From: an uncultured Polaromonas sp.
GTDB lineage: Bacteria; Pseudomonadota; Gammaproteobacteria; Burkholderiales; Burkholderiaceae_C
Assembly: GCA_964501235.1 (NCBI GenBank)
Contig: CAZCSD010000003.1
Span: forward strand, 4,153 to 68,152
Length of the DNA stretch: 64,000 bases
Reading direction: 5' to 3'
The position numbers and the translations under genes were made by a program. The notes under the pieces are model-generated. The model did no database searches. It was not told the origin of the DNA and saw only the letters and a list, made by a program, of their open reading frames with translations. This document shows, one piece after another, positions 9,844 through 19,385 of the stretch; position 1 is the stretch's first letter; the number at the start of each line of letters is the position of its first letter.

Positions 9844-10608
9844 ATGAAGACCGACCCGTTGCCCCTCGAAGAGCTGTTGGGCCCAGGCAGCGTCGACAAG
9901 CGCCTGGAGGTGTTGCGGGCCATCGCCCAGACGGGCTCGATCTCTCAGGCGGCGCGCAACACGGGTGTGAGCTACAAGGCCGGCTGGCAGGCGGTAGAGA
10001 CTCTGAGTAACCTGGCCGGTGTGCCCCTGGTCGAGAAGCTGGTGGGCGGGGCCGGTGGCGGCGGTGCGCGCTTGACGGCCCAAGGTCTGGAACTGCTGCG
10101 CGCGGCAGACCTCGTGCGCAGCGCTCAAAAGCAAGCGTTGGCCAGGCTGCACCGGGGCAAGGCGGCCTGGAGTGCCGGCACGGTGGCCGCGGTTGGCCTG
10201 CGGACCAGCATGCGCAATCAGCTGCCTTGCAGGGTTCAGGCCATCAGCGTATCCCGCGGTCCGGTGCGGGTCCGCCTGGTGTTGTCCGACGGACAGCTGT
10301 TGACCTCATGCATCACCCGTGAGAGTGTGCAATTGCTGGGCTTGCGGGTGGGCATGCCGGTACTGGCCCTGTGCAAGGCCACCGCGGTCACGGTGGCCCC
10401 GCACATGAAGGCCATAGGCTCCGTCAATGCACTCAAGGGCACAGTGGCCCGGCTTGCGCCGGGCAAGGCCTCACGCGAGGTGTCTCTGCAACTGGCCCCG
10501 GGGCTCGCGTTGGTAGGCTTTTCCGATGCGCAGGCGGGCCTGAAGACAGGTCAAAGCGCGATGGCGGCCATCGAGGAGTCGGCCGTGGTCATCGGCCTGG
10601 CCGCCTGA
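9844..10608 (+). CDS. modE: Molybdate-responsive regulator ModE (wHTH plus two TOBE/Mop domains)
   Basis: GSISQAAR..GVSYKAGW, GGAGGGGARLT, RTSMRNQL, ITRESVQLLGL; divergent from modABC. Confidence 0.9.
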   Translation: MKTDPLPLEELLGPGSVDKRLEVLRAIAQTGSISQAARNTGVSYKAGWQAVETLSNLAGVPLVEKLVGGAGGGGARLTAQGLELLRAADLVRSAQKQALARLHRGKAAWSAGTVAAVGLRTSMRNQLPCRVQAISVSRGPVRVRLVLSDGQLLTSCITRESVQLLGLRVGMPVLALCKATAVTVAPHMKAIGSVNALKGTVARLAPGKASREVSLQLAPGLALVGFSDAQAGLKTGQSAMAAIEESAVVIGLAA

Positions 10609-10629
10609 TCGCGGCGCAGGCGCTTTCCT

Positions 10630-11823
10630 TTAGCCCTGTAGTTTGGAGCCTGGCATTGCAAACTCGCGCGGATGCACCACGATCCATTTGCCGTTCTGGA
10701 TTTGCTTGATGCGGTTGGCATCGTCGCCGTAGTTGTTGGGGCCGTCAAAGCGCAACCGTCCGACGATGGTATCGACCCGGTTCTTGCGCAGCCAGTCGGC
10801 GATGCGCTTGTCATCGAGGCTGTTGGTGCCCTTGACGCCAGCCTCCAGAACCTGCCAGCCCGCGAAGGCATTGGCCGCCTGCAGTTCGAAAGCGGTATCG
10901 GGCAGATTGGCCTTGGCCGCACGGTCGTTGAAGGTCTTGAAGACGTCTGCGTAGGCCGGGTTGCTGGTAAACGGTGCGTGCTGCTCGAAGGTCGTAAACG
11001 AAAGCGCGTTGGCACCGAGCGGTGATTGCGCCATCGGCCCCGGCGTGGGATAGAGATGGAAATGCAGCTTGGGCCGGTAGTCGATCTTGGCCAGGGCCTC
11101 GAGCAGCTGGATGCTCTCCGGGCCGATGGATCCCACCCAGAGAAAGTCGGGGTTGGTGTCCTTGATGCGCGAGGCAATCGAGCCGAAGTCGCGGTTGCCG
11201 AACTCCCACTCGAGCCATAAAACCTCGCGCAAGCCGCGCTTCTTGAAGACCTCGCGCGCTCCAGCCGACATGAACACCACCGAGGGGAATTTGCTGGTCA
11301 CCAAGGCAACTGTCTGCGGGCGTACGCCAGCGGTCTGGAAGGCGTCGAGCAGGGTGGTGGGCGAGGTGGTGCCGGGCTCATGACCCATGGCATAGGCTGG
11401 AAAGTGCATGTCGTACTTGGCCAACGACGGGATGCCGAAGGAGTTGGTGACGATGAACTTGTTATAGCGCTGGGCTACACCCATGGCAGCCAGGGAGTTG
11501 GCCGTGGCGTAGGGCCCCATGATCAGGTCGACCTTGTCCACCGTAATCAGTTGTTCGTACTGGGTGCGGGCCAGATCGGGCCGGGACTGATCGTCCTTCA
11601 TGACCCATTCGACCGGTCTGCCGAGCAAGCCTCCTCTGCGGTTGAGGCCCTCCAGGAAGATCTCGGTCGAGATCTTGTGAAGCATGGCCGTTGCGGCCAG
11701 GGGACCCGTCATGGACATCGTGCTGCCCACGCGTATGGGCTGGCCTTGGGCTTTGGTGAAGGTGGGCAGGGCGGCCAGGGCGACGGTGGAACCCAGTGCC
11801 TTTAAAAATGGACGCTTTTGCAT
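10630..11823 (-). CDS. Branched-chain amino acid-type (LivJ-fold) ABC substrate-binding protein
   Basis: Tat-like KRPFL leader; IRVGSTMSMTGP, GGLLGRPVE, DDQSRP, DKVDLIMGPY; AGGAG RBS. Confidence 0.88.
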   Translation of the reverse strand: MQKRPFLKALGSTVALAALPTFTKAQGQPIRVGSTMSMTGPLAATAMLHKISTEIFLEGLNRRGGLLGRPVEWVMKDDQSRPDLARTQYEQLITVDKVDLIMGPYATANSLAAMGVAQRYNKFIVTNSFGIPSLAKYDMHFPAYAMGHEPGTTSPTTLLDAFQTAGVRPQTVALVTSKFPSVVFMSAGAREVFKKRGLREVLWLEWEFGNRDFGSIASRIKDTNPDFLWVGSIGPESIQLLEALAKIDYRPKLHFHLYPTPGPMAQSPLGANALSFTTFEQHAPFTSNPAYADVFKTFNDRAAKANLPDTAFELQAANAFAGWQVLEAGVKGTNSLDDKRIADWLRKNRVDTIVGRLRFDGPNNYGDDANRIKQIQNGKWIVVHPREFAMPGSKLQG

Positions 11824-12097
11824 GAGGTCTCCTGTGGGTCGGGTGGGCAGGTTGAGGGACCGCTGAGGCTGGCGCGGCCCGATCGACCTTGACGGCGTCC
11901 AGATTATTCGAGCCCTTATTAAAACTCTGATCAGGGCTATCCCGTAGTACCTCGGTATCGCCCGCCGGGCTTTTAGGGTTTGAGGGGCATATACGCCAGG
12001 CCGGAAAGCCGTTACATTGCGTGATGAATGCGCTCGATGGCCGTGGAAATTGTCCGGGTTGGGCGCAGCAGTTTCAAAAGCTCAACAGGAGATCGAC

Positions 12098-12991
12098 ATG
12101 AACGCACCGAACGAGGGCGGACTCAAGAGCCGCTATGACGCTACCGATCTGATCACCGAGGAAGTCCTCAAGCGCTATGAGAGTACGCCCGATCCGCGCC
12201 TGCGCGAGATCATGCTGTCTTTCATTCGCCATCTGCATTCCTTTGCCAAGGAGGTCAAACTCACCTCCAAGGAGTGGGCCTACACGATGAACCTGCTGGA
12301 GGAGACCGGCAAGTGGTGTGGTCCGGGGCGCAATGAATTCATTATTTTTTCAGATGCCCTGGGCTTGTCCATGCTGACCGTCACCCAGGACTACCCGCGG
12401 CCGCCGCACACCACCGAGCCGACCCTGGTGGGCCCTTTTCTCTTGGAGAACGCGCCTGAGTTCCCGCTTGGGGCCGATATCAGCGCCGGTGCGCAGGGTA
12501 CGCCTTTGTTCGCTCAGGGCACGGTTCGCGACGTCAACGGCCATCCTCTGCCCCACGCCAAGATCGATGTCTGGCACTCTGACGATCGTGGCCTGTATGA
12601 CGTGCAACAAGACCTGGAGACCAACGGTCCTTGGGCGCGCGCTCTGCTGACGGCCGATGCCAACGGCCGCTACAACTTCTGGTCGATCATGCCGGTGGAT
12701 TACCCGGTCCCCCAGGAAGGTACGGCCATCATCATGTTGAGCAACACCACCGGTCGAAGCTGGCGTCCGGCCCATCTGCACTTCCGCGTGCAGGCGCAGG
12801 GCCAGCGGCCCCTGGTGACCCACATCTTCGATCGCAACAGCAAGAACCTCGATGCCGATGCGGTTTTTGGCGTGCGTCCCTCTCTGATTGCCGATTTTGT
12901 CCACCACAAGAGTGGCGCCGCCCCCGATGGCAAGGTCATGGACCGAGACTTCTACACGCTCGATTACGACTTCATCATGGTGCCGGCCTGA
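12098..12991 (+). CDS. Intradiol ring-cleavage dioxygenase (catechol/hydroxyquinol 1,2-dioxygenase-like)
   Basis: RLREIM..FIRHLH.F..EV.LT, EFIIFSDALG, GPF; Fe-ligand motifs GLYD, DYPVP and RPAHLH; AGGAG RBS before ATG 12098. Confidence 0.9.
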   Translation: MNAPNEGGLKSRYDATDLITEEVLKRYESTPDPRLREIMLSFIRHLHSFAKEVKLTSKEWAYTMNLLEETGKWCGPGRNEFIIFSDALGLSMLTVTQDYPRPPHTTEPTLVGPFLLENAPEFPLGADISAGAQGTPLFAQGTVRDVNGHPLPHAKIDVWHSDDRGLYDVQQDLETNGPWARALLTADANGRYNFWSIMPVDYPVPQEGTAIIMLSNTTGRSWRPAHLHFRVQAQGQRPLVTHIFDRNSKNLDADAVFGVRPSLIADFVHHKSGAAPDGKVMDRDFYTLDYDFIMVPA

Positions 12992-13018
12992 GCGGCCTGG
13001 CTGTCGATCGGTTCGGGC

Positions 13019-13855
13019 TCACGCCCACCGGGTGCTGACCGAGCCGGCCTCGCCCAGGCGCCAAACCACCTCGCAGGGCGCCTGGGGGAATTGGGTTTTG
13101 ACCAGGCTGCCCGTGGTGACAACATCGCCCCCGCGCAGTGGGGTGTTTTGCAATTGGAGATGCGTGGCCAACCAGGCCAGAGCGTCGAGCGGATGGCCGA
13201 GCACGTCGCTGCCCCTGCCCCGGCCGGCTTCTTGGCCATTGACCAGGGCCACGCCTTCGATGCGGTCCAACTCCTCGAGGGCCCAGCCTTGCAGTGGCGG
13301 GCCCACGACCAGGCCGGCGTTCCAGGCGTTGTCGGCGATCAGGGTGAGGATGTTGCGAGGCAGTCTGGCGTAGTCGGCCCGACGATCATCGACCAACTCC
13401 AAAGCAGGGTGCGCGCGCAGGACATGCGCTGCAATTTCCCGGCCCCAGGGGGCGCGGCGTGAGGGCAGGTCGCCTCGCATGACGAAGGCGATTTCAAACT
13501 CGATGGCCAGGCGGCCGTGATCTGCAGCCGTGATCTGCGCGCCATCGCAGTGGATCTGGCTGGCGAGCACCCGCCCGCTGATGCTGTCGGCGTAGCCCAC
13601 CAGTTCCCGCATGGTTTGCGTTGTGAGGGCGATCTTGTAGCCGGCCGGCTCGGTGCCCAGCAGTGCGCATTTGCGCTTGACCAGCGAGGCCTGCACCGCG
13701 TAGGCGGTGGCTGCATCGGGTAACTCGTCAGGCTCGCGCAGGCCGTCGAATGGGGCTTTGCGCTGATGCTGCTCGATCAGGGCGGCAGCGGCTCGGTCGA
13801 TGTGCTCGGGTGTCCAGGCCATAAATGGGGTCGCAGGAAATGCCTTGCGAATCAT
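13019..13855 (-). CDS. 2-keto-4-pentenoate hydratase / FAH-family protein (start uncertain, 13855 or 13822)
   Basis: AYAVQ, GYKIALT, IEFEIAF, PALELVDDR, IADNA, LGHPLDALAWLA, GDVVTTGS. Confidence 0.88.
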   Translation of the reverse strand: MIRKAFPATPFMAWTPEHIDRAAAALIEQHQRKAPFDGLREPDELPDAATAYAVQASLVKRKCALLGTEPAGYKIALTTQTMRELVGYADSISGRVLASQIHCDGAQITAADHGRLAIEFEIAFVMRGDLPSRRAPWGREIAAHVLRAHPALELVDDRRADYARLPRNILTLIADNAWNAGLVVGPPLQGWALEELDRIEGVALVNGQEAGRGRGSDVLGHPLDALAWLATHLQLQNTPLRGGDVVTTGSLVKTQFPQAPCEVVWRLGEAGSVSTRWA

Positions 13856-13986
13856 TGTGTCATCGGATCGGCCGAGCCGGGGCCCGAACGGCTGTGGCAT
13901 GCGCGACACGGGCTGGCAGCGGCAACCCGGGCGATCGAGGCCACGCTGGAATCATGGCGTAAGCTTGCGGTTCGGAGGTGTGCGCC

Positions 13987-14295
13987 ATGAAAACTTTGTT
14001 GGCGGGCTTTTTCTGTGCAGCGCTTGCGGGGATCACGCTTGCAGATTCATCCACCTATCGTGTGGCGCAATTGCCCGAGGCGCTCAAGAGCCTCTGGCAG
14101 CGCACTGTCCCCGAGATGACGCCGGCCAGTCGGTGCGCCGCTGCCTTCGATGTCAGCGAAGGCCCCAAGATGACGCTGCAGTGTTCGGTTCACATTCGCA
14201 TGGCGGCCGAAGGCGAACGCCGCGCCCTGAGGATGTGTGAGGACAAGCGCCGCGAACTCGCAATTGCCTCGGCATGCCGTCTGGTGCAGCCTTGA
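13987..14295 (+). CDS. Small hypothetical exported protein, Cys-containing
   Basis: GGAGG RBS; signal-peptide-like MKTLLAGFFCAALAGITLA; four Cys in the mature part; occupies an otherwise empty gap. Confidence 0.65.
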   Translation: MKTLLAGFFCAALAGITLADSSTYRVAQLPEALKSLWQRTVPEMTPASRCAAAFDVSEGPKMTLQCSVHIRMAAEGERRALRMCEDKRRELAIASACRLVQP

Positions 14296-14452
14296 GGTGG
14301 GCGAGTAGGTGGCGCTCGAGTCGTTAGCGCCGCTGTGACGGCGATTAAACTGCTGGATCGCGGACCAGCGCGAGGGCTAAAGGGTCGGCTCGCGCGCTCT
14401 TCCATCATGGCCGACAAAAGATGTACGGCTTCTCAGAAGCAGGAGGTTTGAG

Positions 14453-15301
14453 GTGGCTATTGAACAGGTGGGTGTGATCGGGGCGGGCACGATGGGCAAT
14501 GGTATTGCGCAGGTGTGCGCTGCCGCTGGGCTGTCCGTGGCGATGCTCGATGTCTCTGAGGCCGCCGTCGGCCGTGGTCTTAAGACTATTGCGGGCAGTC
14601 TGGATCGTTTGGTGCGCAAGGGGACTTTGGACGAGGCGGGCAAGCAGGCTGTTCTGGGTCGCATCGCTGGCACCACACGCTACGAGGATTTGCGCAGCGC
14701 CGATCTGGTGATCGAGGCTGCCACCGAGAGACTCGACCTCAAGTTGTCCATCCTCAAACAACTCGAGAGCCTGGTGGCCGAGGAGACGGTGATCGCCACC
14801 AACACCTCGTCGATTTCGATCACGGAACTGGCAGCCGCACTGAACAGGCCCGAGCGATTCATTGGTACCCACTTTTTCAATCCAGTGCCGGTGATGGGCT
14901 TGCTCGAACTCATACGCGGCTTGCAAACTTCCGATCAGACCCATCAGGCGATGCTAGCCTTTGCAACGCAGGTGGGCAAGACGGCAGTGACCGCCCGCAA
15001 CTCGCCCGGTTTTGTGGTCAATCGCATCCTGGTACCGATGATCAATGAAGCGATTTTTGTGCTGCAGGAGGGGCTGGCCTCGGCCGAAGACATCGACGCA
15101 GGCATGAAGCTCGGATGCAACCACCCCATCGGACCACTGGCCCTGGCTGACATGATCGGCCTGGATACCTTGTTGGCCGTGATGGAGGTGTTCTACGACG
15201 GCTTTAACGATTCCAAGTACCGACCGGCTCCTTTGCTCAAGGAAATGGTGGCGGCCGGCTGGCTCGGACGCAAAAGCGGCCGCGGTTTCTACCATTATTG
15301 A
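14453..15301 (+). CDS. hbd: 3-hydroxybutyryl-CoA dehydrogenase
   Basis: GVIGAGTMGNGIA, DLVIEAATE, ATNTSSIS, GTHFFNPVP, PGFVVNRIL, HPIGPL.LAD.IGLD, LGRKSGRGFY. Confidence 0.93.
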   Translation: MAIEQVGVIGAGTMGNGIAQVCAAAGLSVAMLDVSEAAVGRGLKTIAGSLDRLVRKGTLDEAGKQAVLGRIAGTTRYEDLRSADLVIEAATERLDLKLSILKQLESLVAEETVIATNTSSISITELAAALNRPERFIGTHFFNPVPVMGLLELIRGLQTSDQTHQAMLAFATQVGKTAVTARNSPGFVVNRILVPMINEAIFVLQEGLASAEDIDAGMKLGCNHPIGPLALADMIGLDTLLAVMEVFYDGFNDSKYRPAPLLKEMVAAGWLGRKSGRGFYHY

Positions 15302-15377
15302 AGTGGATTGACGCCCCGGTAAATCGCTCTCGTAAGCCCGGCTCATCGTGGCCGGGACGGGACTAAAATTACGTTCT

Positions 15378-15419
15378 GCCCACGGCGCGTCGTCCCTGCG
15401 CCGTGGGCTTGTGTTTGTT
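15378..15419 (+). terminator. Strong hairpin with U-rich tail (intrinsic terminator or attenuator)
   Basis: GCCCACGGCGC-N9-GCGCCGTGGGC (perfect 11-bp stem) followed by TTGTGTTTGTT, 22 nt before the BMP start. Confidence 0.5.
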
Positions 15420-15441
15420 GGGGACCATGTCGAGGAACACC

Positions 15442-16533
15442 ATGTACAAAAACCTCCTGGCCGCTTGGGCGGCCTTTTTTCTGCTCGCCAGCGCTTCGGC
15501 GCAGACCGCGGTGACGGCACCGCCCCCCTTGAAAGTGGCTGTGGTTCATGTGGCCCCAGTGACGGAAGCAGGCTGGGTTCGGCAGCATGAAAACGCCCGG
15601 CTGGCCCTGGAAAAAACGCTGGGCCCACAGGTGCAGACGGTCGCTGTGGAGAATGTGGCCGAGGGTGCCGATGCCGAACGCGTCATCCGCGATCTGGCCC
15701 AGCAGGGCTACGGCCTGATTTTTACGCCGAGCTTTGGCTATATGGAGCCCACCCTGCGGGTGGCCCGCGACTTTCCCACGGTTCGGTTTGAATCCCTGAC
15801 CGGCTATAAGACAGCGCCCAATGTCGCGGTGGCCAATGCGCGGTATTACGAGGGGCGCTATCTGGCCGGTGTTGCGGCGGGCCGCATGAGCCGCAGCGGC
15901 GTGACCGGCTATGTGGCGGGGTTTCCCATTCCCGAGGTCTTGCAAGGCATCAATGCGTTCGCTCTGGGTCTGCGTTCGGTGCGTCCCGAGGCAACGGTGC
16001 GGGTGATCTGGCTACAGAGTTGGTTTGATCCGGCGCGCGAGCGCGAGGCGGCCGTCACATTGATGAATCAGGACGCTGACGTGCTGGCCTTTCACACCGC
16101 CTCGACAGCCGTCATGCGAGCGGCGCAGGAGCGGGGCAAGTGGGCTATCGCCTACCACTCGGACATGCGCCATGTCGCGCCCGATGCGCAGTTGCTGGCC
16201 GTGACCCACCATTGGGACGCCTACTACTTGTCCCGCGCGCGTGCAGTGATCGAGGATCGCTGGCAAAGCCAGTCTGTCTGGGGCGGCGTGCGGGAGGGCA
16301 TGGTGCGAGTTGGCCAGTTCAGTCCGCGCATGCCTGAGGCGGTGCGCAGAGAGGTGCTGGCGCGGCAACAGGATCTGGCGGCGGGTCGCTTGCATGCTTT
16401 TGCGGCCGCCGACAAGCCGGTGCTCGATGCCGCTGGCACCGTTCTGATTCCCGCGGGCACCACCCTGAGCGACAGTCAGATTTTGTCGATGAATGCCTTG
16501 GTGCAAGGGGTTCAGGGCGGCCTGCCCCGATAA
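15442..16533 (+). CDS. BMP-family ABC substrate-binding protein (purine/nucleoside-type)
   Basis: Signal peptide; ENVAEGADAERVIRDLA, IFTPSFGYM, RYYEGRYLAG, FPIPEV, WFDPARE; adjacent to guaD. Confidence 0.9.
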   Translation: MYKNLLAAWAAFFLLASASAQTAVTAPPPLKVAVVHVAPVTEAGWVRQHENARLALEKTLGPQVQTVAVENVAEGADAERVIRDLAQQGYGLIFTPSFGYMEPTLRVARDFPTVRFESLTGYKTAPNVAVANARYYEGRYLAGVAAGRMSRSGVTGYVAGFPIPEVLQGINAFALGLRSVRPEATVRVIWLQSWFDPAREREAAVTLMNQDADVLAFHTASTAVMRAAQERGKWAIAYHSDMRHVAPDAQLLAVTHHWDAYYLSRARAVIEDRWQSQSVWGGVREGMVRVGQFSPRMPEAVRREVLARQQDLAAGRLHAFAAADKPVLDAAGTVLIPAGTTLSDSQILSMNALVQGVQGGLPR

Positions 16534-16593
16534 CTGCCGTCCTGCGAGCCGATGCGGCCGCAAAACCAGACCGCTTGCGATAAGCTCTTGCCT

Positions 16594-17889
16594 ATGTTCG
16601 CCTATCGCGCTGCACTGCTTTATTTTCGCTCTGATGACACCTTGGCTTACGAAGCCGATGGCTTGCTGGTGACCCAGGCCGATGTGCAAGGCGTGCAGCG
16701 GGTGCGCTACGCGGGTCCGTGGTCGGATCGGGCAGCTCGCAGCGCCGCACCGGATGTGGCGGTGCAGCACTACCCGGGCCGCATTATGGCTGCAGGGTTT
16801 ATCGATCTGCACATCCACTACCCCCAGGTGGATGTGATCGGCTCACCGGCCGAAGGCCTTTTGCCCTGGCTAGAGACTTACACCTTCGCGCAGGAGGCGC
16901 GCTTTTGCGAAGCGTCGCATGCCTCTGAAGTGGCCAATTTTTTCCTCGATGAAATGCACAGGAATGGGGTCAGCACGGCCCTGACCTTTTGTTCATCACA
17001 TGCCTGCTCGGTCGACGCCCTGATGCAAAGTGCGCAGGCGCGTGGTTTGCGATGGATAGCCGGACGTTGCCTGATGGATCGCCATGCCCCCGATGGCGTT
17101 CGTGATTCCACCGAGCGCAGTCTGCTGGAGACCGAGCAACTCATAGGCCGATGGCAGGGTGTGGACCGCCTCGGCTATGCCATCACACCGCGTTTCGTGC
17201 CCACCTGCAGCGATGCCCAGCTGGCCGGAGCGGGCGAGCTGGCCGCCCAGTACCCCGATGTATGGATCCAGTCGCATGTGGCTGAAAACCGGGACGAAGT
17301 GCAGTGGGTGCGTGCACTTCACCCCAAGGCGCGCAGTTATCTGGCCGTCTACGAACAGTTTGGCCTGCTGCGTCCCCGCAGTATTTACGCGCATTGCATC
17401 CATTTTGACGATACCGATCGCGCCCTCATGCGTGAGCATGGGGCGGCCGCGGCCGTCTGCCCGACCAGCAATCTCTTTCTTGGCAGCGGTTTTTTCGACG
17501 CGGCGGCTGCCGATCGCATCGGCATGGGCTACGGCTGGGCCAGCGACGTCGGTGGCGGCACCAGTTTTTCCCCATTCCACACCATGAGGGCGGCCTACTA
17601 TGCGGGTCGGGAGGGACAGGGCAAGACCGGTTATTCGCTCTCGCCCCAGGCCCTGTGGTTCGGTCATACGGCAGGGGCAGCCAGGGCCCTCGGGCTGGAG
17701 GGGGTGATCGGCAATTTGCAGCCCGGCTGCGAGGCCGACTTTGTCGTGCTCAACCCTAAGGCCACGCCCTTGCTCGCGCGGCGCACGGCGCAGGCCCAAA
17801 GCGTGGACGAATTGCTCTTTGCCCTCATCATCCTGGGCGACGATCGGGCCGTGGAGCGCACGGTCATCGCTGCCTCGGCGCGACCCTGA
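16594..17889 (+). CDS. guaD: Guanine deaminase
   Basis: GFIDLHIHYPQ, LLPWLETYTF, YAITPRF, QSHVAEN, AHCIH, CPTSNLFLGSG, SDVGGG, ILGDDR. Confidence 0.94.
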   Translation: MFAYRAALLYFRSDDTLAYEADGLLVTQADVQGVQRVRYAGPWSDRAARSAAPDVAVQHYPGRIMAAGFIDLHIHYPQVDVIGSPAEGLLPWLETYTFAQEARFCEASHASEVANFFLDEMHRNGVSTALTFCSSHACSVDALMQSAQARGLRWIAGRCLMDRHAPDGVRDSTERSLLETEQLIGRWQGVDRLGYAITPRFVPTCSDAQLAGAGELAAQYPDVWIQSHVAENRDEVQWVRALHPKARSYLAVYEQFGLLRPRSIYAHCIHFDDTDRALMREHGAAAAVCPTSNLFLGSGFFDAAAADRIGMGYGWASDVGGGTSFSPFHTMRAAYYAGREGQGKTGYSLSPQALWFGHTAGAARALGLEGVIGNLQPGCEADFVVLNPKATPLLARRTAQAQSVDELLFALIILGDDRAVERTVIAASARP

Positions 17890-17961
17890 GCCCCCGGACT
17901 GCGGTCCACGGCTGCGGGGCGTACTGCCTACAATGCCGCTCCAGCTTCGTAAGGACGCGCA

Positions 17962-18531
17962 ATGACGATCAAGAGCGACAAGTGGATACGGCGCATGGCC
18001 GCGCAGCACGGCATGATCGAGCCTTTCGAGCCTGCCCAGGTGCGGCAGGCCGAGGGGGGCCGGCGCATCATCAGCTACGGCACCAGCAGTTACGGTTATG
18101 ACATTCGCTGCGCGCCGGAGTTCAAGGTGTTCACCAACATCCATTCGACCGTCGTGGACCCCAAGGATTTCGATGAAAAGAGCTTCGTCGATTTCCATGG
18201 CGACAGCTGCATCATTCCGCCCAACAGCTTTGCCTTGGCGCGTACGGTGGAGTACTTCCGCATTCCTCGCAATGTACTGACCATCTGCCTGGGCAAGAGC
18301 ACTTATGCCCGCTGCGGCATCATCGTCAATGTGACCCCGTTTGAGCCCGAGTGGGAAGGTTTCGTAACGCTGGAGTTCTCCAACACCACCCCGCTGCCAG
18401 CGCGCATTTATGCGGGGGAGGGCTGCGCCCAGGTGCTGTTCTTCGAGAGCGACGAGGTTTGTGAGACGTCCTACAAGGACCGGGGTGGCAAATACCAGGG
18501 CCAGGTGGGCGTGACCCTGCCCAAGGCCTGA
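17962..18531 (+). CDS. dcd: dCTP deaminase
   Basis: [50 protein letters not shown]. Confidence 0.97.
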   Translation: MTIKSDKWIRRMAAQHGMIEPFEPAQVRQAEGGRRIISYGTSSYGYDIRCAPEFKVFTNIHSTVVDPKDFDEKSFVDFHGDSCIIPPNSFALARTVEYFRIPRNVLTICLGKSTYARCGIIVNVTPFEPEWEGFVTLEFSNTTPLPARIYAGEGCAQVLFFESDEVCETSYKDRGGKYQGQVGVTLPKA

Positions 18532-18626
18532 GTGATGCCAGAATCCGGTCTATCGGTGCTTGTCAAATCGGCGACCCTTAGAATCGGGGTCTGCCCAAAA
18601 ATGCCCGTCTCGCGCTCCGCCTTACC

Positions 18627-19373
18627 TTGAACGATCCCAAGATTCACTGGCCCGAAGCCGACCCCACGGCGCCGCAACATGTGGCCATCATCATGGATGG
18701 CAATGGACGCTGGGCGCGCCAGCGTGGGCTGCCGCGCAGCTTGGGGCATGACAGCGGCGCTCGGGTGGTGCGCTCGGTGGTGGAGCATTGCGCCGGCCGG
18801 GGTATCGGGCATCTGACCCTGTTTGCTTTCAGCTCGGAAAACTGGAAAAGACCCGAGGATGAGGTGTCCAAGCTGATGAGTCTTTTTGCCCTCTACCTGG
18901 AAAAAGAGGTGCGAGAGATGGAGCGCAGCGGGGTACGCCTGAGAATCATCGGTGAGCGCAGGCGTTTTTCGCCCCGCTTGCAGGAACTGATCGAAAACGC
19001 CGAAGCGGTGACCGCGCACAACACGCGCATCGTGGTGCATGTTGCCGCCAATTACGGCGGCCGCTGGGACATGGTGGAGGCTGTCAGACGCTGGCAGCAG
19101 GCTCACCCGGGGCGGCCGGTGTCGACCCTTACTGAAGAGGACCTTGCGCCCTTTTTGAGCCTGGCCGATGCGCCCGAGCTCGATTTGCTCATCCGCACCG
19201 GCGGCGAGTCGCGCATCAGCAATTTCCTGCTCTGGCAGGCTGCGTACGCCGAGCTGTATTTCTCAGACGTTCTCTGGCCCGATTTCTCGATAGCAGAGTT
19301 CGACCGGGCTTTGAGCTGGTATGCCGGCAAGGAACGCCGGTTCGGGGCGGTCCCCAGTCGCGCGCTCGGCTGA
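18627..19373 (+). CDS. uppS: cis-prenyltransferase (undecaprenyl diphosphate synthase family)
   Basis: HVAIIMDGNGRWA, FAFSSENWKRP, NYGGR, LIRTGGESRISNFLLWQ.AYAE, RRFG. Confidence 0.9.
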   Translation: MNDPKIHWPEADPTAPQHVAIIMDGNGRWARQRGLPRSLGHDSGARVVRSVVEHCAGRGIGHLTLFAFSSENWKRPEDEVSKLMSLFALYLEKEVREMERSGVRLRIIGERRRFSPRLQELIENAEAVTAHNTRIVVHVAANYGGRWDMVEAVRRWQQAHPGRPVSTLTEEDLAPFLSLADAPELDLLIRTGGESRISNFLLWQAAYAELYFSDVLWPDFSIAEFDRALSWYAGKERRFGAVPSRALG

Positions 19374-19385
19374 GGAGGGCCGGGC

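Noticed and set aside
15312..15330. CCCGGTAAATCGCTC resembles my recollection of the 3' half of the xanthine (NMT1) riboswitch
   Set aside because: The matching 5' half is not visible upstream, where the hbd coding end lies; not called without an Rfam scan
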